Shown here piece by piece: positions 37,501-49,500 of a stretch of 64,000 nucleotides of DNA (positions within the stretch are counted from its first letter, which is position 1; every line of letters starts with the position of its first letter). The DNA is from Phoronis australis. Taxonomy: Eukaryota; Animalia; Phoronida. The notes below the pieces were generated by a model. That model worked only from the letters and a program-made list of their open reading frames with translations. It was not told the DNA's origin and made no database searches. The stretch is taken from positions 375,217 through 439,216 of the forward strand of contig NMRA01000160.1 in NCBI GenBank assembly GCA_002633005.1, read 5' to 3'. Both the position numbers and the translations under genes were made by a program.

Positions 37501-40500
37501 GTAACCCAGTTGCTCCCACAGGACCAGACACGCCAGGCACACCCACATTACCTTTCTGGCCAGGATTTCCCTGGGCTCCAGTAGCACCAACACCCCCTGG
37601 ATTTCCAGGGTTACCTCGAGCGCCGGACGCTCCTTTAACACCAGGCAAACCAGTAGCGCCAACTGCTCCAGAACGTCCAGTAGAACCCGTTGCTCCAACA
37701 CTCCCTTGCGCGCCTGGCAATCCCGTGGCACCAACAGGGCCAGAAATTCCAGGATTTCCTTTTTGACCAACACTTCCAGTAGCTCCAACAGCACCAGATG
37801 CACCCTTTTCACCTTTATTGCCAGTATTTCCTTGAGCGCCTTTGATACCGGGAAGTCCAGTGCTACCTTGTGAACCTGTGGCACCGACCGATCCTTTCGA
37901 GCCTTTGGCACCAGCGGAACCAGTAGCTCCGACTGATCCACTGGGTCCACTAGGCCCGCGTGAGCCCTTGACACCCTGCAAGCCAGTGGATCCAACAGCA
38001 CCAGAAACACCACGTGCACCCTTAGCTCCTTTTTGCCCCGTGGCCCCTTTAGCGCCAGTGATTCCTATTCCAGATGCACCCGGTGCCCCGGTTGCACCTA
38101 CAGGTCCAGAAACGCCAGGCGCACCTTTTCCCCCGACTTCACCTTTGGCACCGGATGTGCCTGTGGCTCCGACAGATCCTTTCGATCCCTTAGTACCCGG
38201 GTTTCCGATGGTTCCAGGGAGACCAGTTGCACCTGCGGCGCCAACTGCACCCTTTGCTCCAGAAAAGCCGGTCGCACCAACGACACCTTTCTCGCCTGTA
38301 GAACCTTTCTGACCTTTTACACCTTGTGCACCAGTTGCGCCGACAGCACCTGAGGGACCTTGGTTACCCTGAGATCCTTTAACACCAGGCACTCCTGTTG
38401 CCCCAACTGCACCACTTGACCCTTTAGAACCTTTCTGTCCCTCATCCCCACGAATACCTTGCAAGCCCGTTGAACCAACTTGACCTGTAGAACCTTTGGC
38501 ACCAGACGCACCTACAGATCCCTTTGGTCCTGGACTTCCGGTGGCTCCCACCTGACCAGGTGCTCCGGTAGAACCAAATTCTCCTTTCGACCCTACAGGA
38601 CCTTGTATACCTGGAACACCTACTGAACCTTTCTCTCCTGTGTCACCTTTAGCACCTTGAGTTCCAGGAATGCCAGTACTACCAAACGAACCTTTATCAC
38701 CTTTTGCACCCGATACACCGGAGACGCCTTTTACACCAGGTGAGCCTGTAGCACCCACCTGTCCCTTTAATCCAGGTAAGCCCGTCGCTCCCACCACACC
38801 AGACTGTCCTTTAGAGCCTTTGGGACCAACCACACCTGATACACCTTTTGAACCCGTGTCTCCTTTAGTACCTTTGAGTCCGACTTCACCCTTTGATCCA
38901 GGTGCACCATTGTTACCTTTTGGTCCCTCGGGGCCTGTAGCTCCTATGCTTCCTTTGGTGCCCGTTGCTCCCTTCGCCCCTGAAACACCACGTTGTCCAG
39001 TCTCGCCTTTCAAACCTGGAAATCCGGCGGTGCCTACCGAACCGGTAATTCCAGGGGCCCCTGTTGCACCCACAGGTCCTCGATCACCGGTATTCCCCTT
39101 GGACCCTGTTGAGCCAGTTGCACCAACTACCCCTGGGACACCCTTAACACCAACATCACCTTTGGAACCTTTGGAACCTTTGGAACCTTGCACTCCTGAA
39201 TTGCCTTTGGCTCCTTTAGGACCAACATTACCTTGACCACCAGGTAACCCCGTTGCACCAGTCTGTCCAGTTTGTCCTTTGGAACCCTTCGGGCCCTCAT
39301 TCCCACTTGATCCTTTTGCTCCAGCAAAACCAGGTAATCCAGTGGCCCCAGTCGATCCATCTGAACCCCGTGAACCTGGGTTTCCAGTGGCACCAATTGC
39401 TCCGGATTCACCTTTTGACCCTTTCGTGCCGGTATTACCCAATTCACCTTTCGTGCCTTTTTCACCTTGGTTTCCTTTCACTCCAGGTAAACCTGTGGCA
39501 CCCGTACGTCCAGCCACTCCAGATGACCCTTTAGATCCTTTACTACCAGTAATGCCTTGGTTTCCTTGGTCACCTTTGTTACCCTTCAATCCAGAAAAAC
39601 CAGTGCTACCCACCTCTCCTTTTGGCCCAGTAGCACCAGGTGCACCCTTACTTCCAACAGCTCCTTTTTGACCTTGGGCACCAGTCAATCCACGATTACC
39701 TTTCTGACCAACAGCGCCTACTGTTCCTTTCTCTCCTTTTTGTCCTGTGTTTCCTTGAGACCCAGTAGGACCCACTTGTCCGGTCTGGCCTTTCTCGCCT
39801 TGTGTTCCTGTTTGCCCCACTGAACCTTTTTCACCCTTGCTACCTGTAGTACCTTGGGATCCTTTTGAGCCAGCCGCACCTGTTTGTCCTGTCAACCCAG
39901 GATTACCTCGATCCCCTTTTGTACCCTTAACACCTTGCTGACCAGTTGGCCCCACAGCGCCAGTAGGTCCTTCCGCACCGCGGTCACCTTTGTTGCCCGT
40001 GTTTCCTTTTGACCCGGTGATGCCTTGGGTGCCCTTATTGCCTTTAGCACCAGAAAAACCTGTGGCGCCCACAGCTCCTGTATTGCCAGTTGCACCTACA
40101 TTTCCCTTTGGTCCCTGGACACCAGTTCGTCCTGTGGCACCAACTTGCCCAGTTTCTCCTTTTTGTCCCTGTCTACCCTCGGCACCAGTTTGTCCCTGAA
40201 TACCCTTTGCCCCTTTTGATCCTGGTAGACCAGTTGCACCAGTTAATCCTGATGACCCCTTGGCTCCAACTGAACCTTTTTGACCCGTTGCACCTTTAGT
40301 ACCCGTTTGTCCCGGATTTCCTTGAGCTCCAGGCAAACCTCTATCACCAGTTGCACCTTTTTGGCCAGGTGAGCCAATTGAGCCTTTTGCACCTGTTTGA
40401 CCGGTGGACCCTTGGTTTCCTTTAGCTCCTGGGAGTCCAGTGGCACCTGTTCTTCCAACAGCCCCAGTTGCGCCAGGCACACCAATAGGCCCCTGGACAC

Positions 40501-43500
40501 CAGTTTGTCCCGTGACACCGCGTTCGCCTTTGGTACCTTTTTGACCAGTTGTTCCGGCGTTTCCTTTGGCACCAGGCAAGCCGGTAGCTCCAGTATTACC
40601 GGTTTGTCCTCTCGATCCCGGATTGCCTGCTTGACCAGGTAGTCCTGTGGCACCAACTGTTCCAGTTGATCCTTGTGAACCCTTGGGACCTTGTTGACCG
40701 ATTTCACCTTTAGAGCCTTTACTTCCTTGTGCCCCAGTGTTACCGTTGCTACCTTTAGTGCCTTTAGGCCCTGCTTCACCAGGTATACCTGAAGAACCCT
40801 TTGCTCCGGTATTGCCAGGAGCACCAATGCTACCCTTGATGCCAGCTTTGCCTTTTACACCAGGGAGTCCAGTGGCGCCAGTTGCTCCAACGTTGCCTGT
40901 ATTCCCAGTATTTCCTTTAGGCCCTGTTGCCCCTTGTTGTCCAGTGGCACCCTTTTGGCCAGTTTCACCTCCTGCTCCTTTCTGCCCCTGTGCTCCAGTT
41001 GCACCCTGGTTACCAGGAGTTCCACGCTCACCCTTTGCACCATTGTTGCCCTTTGGTCCAGTCTGCCCTTGGGAGCCGGCTGAACCAGGTAAACCAGTAT
41101 CACCCCGTGAGCCTTTTTGACCAGAAGATCCTTTAGGACCTTGACTACCTGTGTTACCTGGCACTCCCGTTGAGCCAACGCTACCTTTTGCACCTGGTGT
41201 ACCTGTTGATCCTTTGTCACCCTTGACACCATCACTGCCAGATTGGCCAGTAGCACCCTTTATTCCAGGCTCTCCTTTTTGACCAGATTCGCCCTTGCTA
41301 CCTTGTACACCTGTGTTGCCTCTAGCTCCAGTGTTTCCAGGTTGCCCAGCTGAGCCCTTGACTCCTGGTGCACCAACTGAACCTTTGTTTCCGTCTACAC
41401 CTGGTGCACCTTGGACACCTTTAGACCCTGTCTGGCCGGGGGTACCAGATGCTCCCTTAGCTCCTTTCTCCCCTTGCGAACCAGCCTCTCCCCTAGCACC
41501 AGTGCTTCCTTGAGACCCTTTAGGACCAGGTGGTCCAGAAACACCAGTCGAACCTTGGGAACCAGGGGGCCCTGCATTTCCTGGCGTGCCCTGAGGTCCT
41601 TGTGCTCCAGGACTTCCACGTACACCCGTAGCGCCGATTTGTCCAGGTACTCCTGCTATACCTTTCGCGCCTGTGGACCCCGTGTTACCCTGGTTGCCCT
41701 TTAAACCTTGTACCCCCGGTGGTCCAGGAAGTCCTATGGAACCTCCGTCACCTTTGGGACCTGGGGGTCCCTGAACACCAGTATTGCCTTGTATCCCCGG
41801 ATTTCCAGTTTGGCCAGGGTTTCCATTAGTGCCAGGTTCACCTTTCGCACCCTTTGGTCCTGTTGCACCTCTTGCACCACCAGTCCCGGTTCCACTTCCA
41901 GGTGGACCTGCTGCACCAGGCTCACCCTTCTGACCTTGAGCACCACCTTGCCCAGGAGGACCATTTTGACCAGGTGGCCCAGGTGGACCAGCGGAACCTT
42001 TAGCTCCAGTTTGACCAGGTGGACCTGGGGGACCCGTACTTCCACCGCTTGACCCTCCACCTGATCCGCCGCCGCTGATATCTATAAATCAAAAACAGTC
42101 TTTGTACCAATATAGTTGCAAGAAATAAAATGTAGTGTTGAGACGGACACACCACCTTCTGTAGAGAATGAAAATTTCATGACATGTAGGTAAAGAGTCA
42201 ATAAAACCGCAGTTTTTGTCAAAAATAAACTTTGGGTTTGTCTACTTTCTGGTTACATACATGTATTGTTCTGAAGATTACAAATGATTTCATAGCTTCA
42301 GATGAAATGAGCATCGTTATCGCTTTAGAACAGGCCCATGGCGGGTTAGTGTCAGTTGCCAAGGTGTTGGAGCGGTCAGGGAAATTTATTTATTGTAACC
42401 ACGGTTTATTAAAACTAAGGATGAATCCATCTGGAAATGAATACGTTATGTCGTCTCCTTGATAGAAATTTATTGGCCAAACTTTGTGACAAGAGCAAAG
42501 CGGAGCGTTGAAATGCGCCCACGAATGGTGTGCTTTTAGGTATTTATTTGTATCATAAAAATGACCACTAGATGGTGCAAAAACATACAATCCATCCACA
42601 GTGTCCGTTGGATCCGTCTGAAAGTCATCGTCGTCTGTTGTTATCTTCATATCAATACACTTACTAAATTTAGTAAAGATCCTGCAAGGGGTTTAGGAGA
42701 TACAACTGCGGGCGCAAAACAAAACTACCACAAGGAGGCGCCACAGTAGTCAGTCACAATCGTCAAAAGTTGTCTTCACACTGAGAACATATATGCCAAT
42801 TTTCAAATGATTTGGTTGATACAGGGGTGGACACCAAAAACAAGATTTGAAAACAGCAAAAATGGCCACTAGGTAGTGCAAAATACCTCAATTCCATCTA
42901 AAAAACAGGAAGATAGCGTCATCACACCAATAGATGCCTATATTCAAAATTTTATGAAAATCTGTTGAGGACCTTTGAAGATACTGAGTCAAACGTAAAA
43001 AAATAAAATTGCCACAAGGGGGCACAGCAGTAGTCAGATCTATCCGAAAGTCGTCGTCATCCGTAGTCAACATCATTTAAATAAACTTGCTAAATTAAGT
43101 AAATATCCTACGAACGGTTTAGGAGATACATTCATAGACGCAACAAAAACAAAACTGCCACTAGGAGGCGTCACAGTGGTCGAAATCGTCGGAAAATCAT
43201 CGTCAACCGTCCTCTTCATAGTAAACACAAACATGCCAATTTTCACAATCATCCCTTGAGCAGTTAGGTTGATAGAGGGGTGAACGCAAAAAATAGACAC
43301 GAAAACAGTAAAAAAGGCCACTAATTGGCGCAAACTACGTCGAGTCCATCCAAAACGGGAGGACAGCGTCATCTTACTAATAGGTGCCTACAGACCAAAT
43401 TTTTTCATGAAAATTCGTTCAAGACTTTTGAAGATAGAAAAGTAAGCGTAAAAAACTGAAATTGCCACTAGGGGGCACACCGGTAGTCGGATCCGTCCGA

Positions 43501-46500
43501 AAGTTCGCTCGTGCCGTTCCATTTATGAAATGAATATATATGCCAAATTCCATGAACGTATGTCAAAGGGTTTTGAAGATGGAGCAGCGGACGCCGGACG
43601 CCGGACGGACGCCGGACGGACGCCGGACGGACGCCGGACGGACGCCGCCCGGACGGACGGACGGAGATGACGGCATAATGCGTCCACATATAAATATGTG
43701 GGCGCATAAAAACTAAAATTGCCACTAGGGGGCACAGCGGTATTTGAGTCTGTCGGAAACTCGTTGCCCTCTGTCGTCAACCCATAGGAACACACCTGCC
43801 AACTTTCAATAAGATCATGCAAGGGGTTTAGGAGATACAGCCGCGGGGGCAGTATGCGACCACAAATAAATATGTGGGCGCATAAAAATGAAATTGCCAC
43901 TAGGGGGCACAGTGTTTGTCAGATCCGTCTAAAGGTTGTCGTCTTCTCTTGTTAACGTCATATAAATACACATGCCAAATTTAATAAAGATCCTGCAGAG
44001 GGCTTAGTAGATACTGGTATGGGTGCAAAAAAACAAAACTGCCACTAGGATGCGCCACAGTAGTCGAAGTCATCAGAAATTAAGAGCATGTTCGCGAATG
44101 GACCAGGCAGAGGGTGATAAACGCTATGTCACAGATTCTCTTTATATTTTGTCTGTGAGATGACACTGGCCCCACTGACTCCAGACCACCTTTATTTTTT
44201 TTCAAAACGCCCCCTTTTGGTTTCCATGGATACTATTTGTTTCCGACAGGTTTTCAGCCTGGCGGCAGTTAAGTTTTAGTAAAATTCCAACAGTTACGTT
44301 ACGCAGTGGAAGTAACGTTGAAATATTGAACCTGTATTATTGATCAGGTGTGACCTTCGACTACTTTATTCATGAAAATTTAAAAGATTTCGATAATTGT
44401 TTGCCTGTTTTTAGAGCCGCATAAGATGAGTACTTTTAGTGATTTTTGAAACTGTCAAAATTGGCTAAATTCGTATCCCGATATCTCAGCTGGCACAGGT
44501 TTCAGAACATTTTAGTGCCAACCAGTGTGTTGAGCTATTTCAGGTCTACAAAATAAGACAAAAAAATTTCCTGGCGCGAACGGATTTCATGTCATTTGAA
44601 GTCAAAAATGANTCCCTAGAGTGCTTTGGTTGACAGAGGGACAGACGCCAAAAAACAGACTCGAAAACAACAAAATGGCCACTAGGTGGCACAAAATACC
44701 TTGAATCGATCCCAAGATGAATGGCTAGCGTCACCACACTAATAGATGTCTATGTGCCAAATTTTATGGAAATCTGTTGAGGACCTTTGAAGATACGGAG
44801 GTAAACGTAAAAAAACTATAATTGCCACTAGGGGGCATACCGATACACCGATCTGTCCGAAAGTCACCGTCATCCGTTGTCAACTTCATATAAATACAAT
44901 TGCTTAATCTAATAAAGATCCTGTAGAGCGTTTAGGAGATACAGACATAGGCGCAAACACAAACAAAACTGCCACTAGGAGGCGCCACAGCAGTCAAGGT
45001 CGTCGGAAAATCATCGTCAACTGTCTTCTTCATAGTAAAAACATGTATGCCAATTTTCACACTCATCCTTCGAGTGGTGTGGTTGTTAGAGGGGCAGACG
45101 CCAAAAAAACGACTCGAAAATAGTAAAAAATGGCCACTAGATGGCGCAAAATGCCTCAAATCCATCCGAAAACGGGAGGCTAGCGTCAACTCATTAATAG
45201 ATGCCTATGTGCTAAATTTTATGAAAATCGGTTAAGGACCTTTGAAAATACAGAGGTAAACGTAAAAAACTAAAATTTCCACTAGGGGGCACCGTGGTAT
45301 TCGGGTCGGTCCGAAACTCGTCGCCCTTTGTTGTGAACTCCATAGGAAGACACCTGCCAAATTTCAATAGGATCCTGCGAGGGGTTTAGGAGATACAGTC
45401 GCAGACGCCGGACGCCATACGCAGGACGCCCGGACGCCAAGACAGAGTCGACGGCAATATGCGCCCACAAATTTATATGTGGTCGACCACATATAAATAT
45501 GTGGGCGCATAAAAATCCACTAAATGGCACAGTGGTTGTTCACTCTGTCCGGAAATCCTTCTCCCGTTCAGAAATGCTAGGACCTCGCTAAAAAGCAAGA
45601 CTTCGCGATATTACGTGAGATATTGCCGTGCATTGCAAAGGAGAACACGTGACTTTGGCTCGATTTTAGCTAGGTCCTAGCGTAGGTCCTAGCGATACTG
45701 AACGCACGCCTGCTCTGCCTGCCCCATCTGTGATACTACTAAGTGTCTAAGTGACATGCCCTGTGTAACTTTGTATAGGAGTACTCGCCAAGTATTCCCC
45801 CAAGCAAGCTGGCACAGAAATGTGACGCTTACGCCATCAAGCATTGCAAGTAGGCCTACAACGGATTATGGAGCAGGGAACATCAAAGTCATTTAGCACA
45901 AAATGAAAATATCTTACCCATGTCGACACCTACAGAAAACTGAAATCGTATAGGTGTCCCGTCAGTAGGAGTGGTTCTGGTCTCGCCAACGTTGGCATAT
46001 TGGTTGTTGGGAACATCGAAGTAAGACGCTCTATGAGTAGAATTAAATGCCGCTGTCAACGGAATGATTCCTGCAGGAAAGCTCCAACCCAGTCGAGAGC
46101 CGTCCGTCACGGTTGGGCGCTCAGCAATATCAAACTAGAAAGAAGAGTTATACCATAGTTACTAAGTTACATAAAAACATTCTCGTTCTTCAATGGTTTA
46201 ACTACCGAACAACAATGCCTTAGTATGCCTGTGAGCTAAGAAAGTAGTATCAAACACCGATGGGCATTTCATTTTCTGTACTAGGTCATATTTCATTTTT
46301 CATCTTCAAAGCACAATTTTATTTTCCAGGTAAGCTCTCAACGCATTCACATCATATCCACTTGTGGTCATGGACTCAAGCTGAGTCAAACAGTGGTGGA
46401 TCTGTGGCAGAGGGCACACAGGGTTGATGTTAAGCTCTATTGTAAATATTGGTGTAACATACAAAGATTTGAAGGGACCCGCGGTCCTCTTTGGGATATA

Positions 46501-49500
46501 ACAACAAAAACTTCACCAGCATGTCACTTTAGGGTCGTCACAAACGTTGAAAATTGCGTTTAGGCCTCCTCGCGACATCCCATGTCCGCCATTCACTGAA
46601 CACATGAAACAGTTTGTAAATCACTCATTGTCGGCCAGTCAACATAGGTCTCCAACCTGGGCGTTACAAAGTTAAGAGTCCGCAGTTTAAACCTCTGCGC
46701 TATAATGCCCTCTGCATATTACGGGTTGTCTGCAAAACTTATCACAAAGCACACATTGGGGATTATGTTTCAAGCTTACCGTCTGTTTGCCAGCGTTTGG
46801 TGAAAGAGTAATGCCTCCTGTCCAGTACAGGCGCCACTGATTGGGTTGTCCGCTAACTGGTGACCACAAGCCAACAACCATTGGTAGGCTACCGGAATTG
46901 TTAGAGTATTTCCTGAGTGAAACCTATAAACAACGTAAGTTATCAACTCATTTCAATACATTCGGATTTCATAATACCCTGTTTTTCAAGGTTGGGGAAG
47001 CGCAAGAATGTTTTTGAACTTGTAATCACTAGGTAATTCGATGCGACTATGATGGCCTGTCCATCATTTGCATACATAGAAACAGAGCCAGCGATGACCA
47101 GTGTGGGTTGTGGTAGTGCCGTAGTGAAACGGATGATCAACAACAGCGCGACCAGTCTTGGTCGCTTTCACTTCACGAACTGTGGTTCACAATTAGAGGT
47201 CAGTCGGAAAACAAAAATATGTGCGTACTGAAACAAAAACGTGAGTGCCTCTGGCTAGATGGAGACGGTATTAAGAATCAAATAAGCTGGCCTAGATAGC
47301 AAAGCATTGTGCATTATTTGACAATAATTTGAAAAATTTATTAATACATTACTACATCCACCTATCACAATTCGGTGATTATTTTACAAAATAACTTAAT
47401 CATCAAAGAAATAGTAGTCCAGTGGTTCGACCACAGCGGTTGACCAGGTGCGTTCACTTGGAAATGTGGTGACCACACTTCGAACTACGGTTCTAGCAGA
47501 AAATCACAAAACAAATGATCAGTACAGACTGAGCATCGTTGAAAACAAAAGCATAACTTACGCTGTTAAACTTTCCACTGGGTAAGTCTGTGGCATCGAT
47601 GTGATATGTGGCTGAGCTCCCTAAGGCTAGATCTCCTAATACTCCGTTTTTTATGTCTGTGCCATAAAAGACTGTGCCTGTAAAAGACGAGCATTGTTGA
47701 AAGTAGCCACTCCACAGTATTCAGGTCCTGTGAGCTGTCACCAAGAGCAAAAACTACACCGACTTCCGTACGGGAGTGCTTCGCTATATAGATATCCAGG
47801 CCGCAGCCAAAATATTCAATGTTACTTCTTCGAGGTTTTATCCACTCTTCCCACTGGGGCCTATTCAACTTCTATAATGCGACGGTTATCTAGCAAGATG
47901 TTGTTTTGATCTATGTTTTCCAATGGTAGTTTTTCACAATATTTCAGTACTTTTAACACTGAATTTATATAAAAAAGAGAAATGGATTATAACCATTGAT
48001 ATTGCCAGCACATGAGATACTGCATCTAGTAAAAAGGATAGCATAACCGGGTTTTGTAACCATTTTATTGTACAGGATTTTAAAGATTTGTGTCAGAATC
48101 ATGATTGCAAAAAGTAATAATTCTATTTCCCAAATTACGGAGGCAAATAGAATATGTAAATCTGTCAAGGAACTCTCAAGATGCAGGTATTAATACAGGT
48201 GCAATAGTATATTTAATTGGTGGCGTGCTGACCACACTTCAAAATGTTTTTGATTCATTGTTCTTTTTTCTCAACTTTTTTTTCAATAATTATATTAAGT
48301 ACGGTACAGATCACACAATTACAGTGTTCTCACGACAGTTAATACATTACCGTGTTTGTTTAGTCAAGGATCAGTTAAGATCATATCAAGGTAATATAAG
48401 CAATAAGCAAGTAGAGGTCATGGTTCATTCATAATAAACAACAAAGGTCAAGGCCGTGCCAGAGTTCTAAAAATTCATCATATTTCATTTTGTTTCTGTA
48501 TGTGTACCTTCCAGTGGAAATGTACATTGCAAACTCATTTTGAAAGAATGCAATGCTGGGAGTTTTGCTCTTCGATCGTTGCTTATAGATATGTTACATG
48601 ACAAGACTAAGAAATGTGTGTAAAATCGTTTCCACTTGAACACGAAACTGATTGTAAGGACAGTTTTAAACTATGTCCAACAGCATCTGCGAGCCAGTTA
48701 TTTACATTACTTCAAAACTGTTGAGCAACGTTACAAGACCAGTACACATGGACAATAGATTCACTTTTGTCTAAGCAAAATGTGAACAATGATATATCAA
48801 TTACGCAAATCTTGTGTAAAATTTCATTGCAGCTTATAATCCTGTGAACCAGCCTAAATTAGAACCATGTCACAGAAACATCTTCATTGAATAAACAGAT
48901 GTAGGAAAAACATTTTACCACCATTCTGTAGCATCCGGGAGACTTCATTTTTCACTCCACTTCATTTGACATTTTGCTTTTTCGTTATTTACCCCTATAA
49001 CGTGTCCCAAAATAACTTCCGAATCGATGTTTCATGGACGAAGAGGTAAACTTACTTGATTCTTTCCCTTTATGAGATGGCTCCAGTTAGCGTACAATGA
49101 ACTTCGTAGACCATAAAATAATGTTACTTGAGGGGTGAAGTGAAATTTCTGTATAAACTCTTCATAATTAAGGAAAAAACCATCAGAATTCACGAAGTCG
49201 TATACATGAGTTATGCCTTTTAGAAACCACTGTTTATAGAAAACAGGCTTGTTATATCTTATTTATAACCATAAAGGCTGATGAATACCAGCGTTTTCGG
49301 GAACTAACAATCTGAATTTATGTACATGTACCAATTGCAAGCCCTCTTTCCAAAACACAGTAGGAGTCATTTGAGACATTTTTGTAAAATAGAAATCTCC
49401 GAACCTCGAGTAATTATTTGAAACTCTCGATAACAGACCGTTTGCGAAAACTGCCCACGGACTTGTAGTACTTTGACAAAGTAGTCTACAAGTTAAAGGA

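Noticed and set aside
36860-41115. Three RGD motifs within the collagen helix
   Set aside because: Expected by chance in ~760 triplets, and usually cryptic in a folded triple helix.
35014-42060. Many Pro-rich plus-strand ORFs and alternative-frame minus-strand ORFs over the collagen exon
   Set aside because: Shadow frames of GGN-periodic collagen codons (the antisense of GGN gives CC every 9 nt). Not independent genes.
46975-47228. Extra exon ([19 protein letters not shown]...)
   Set aside because: Good acceptor but an in-frame stop. The flanking exons join in phase without it, and copy 1 of the domain has no equivalent.
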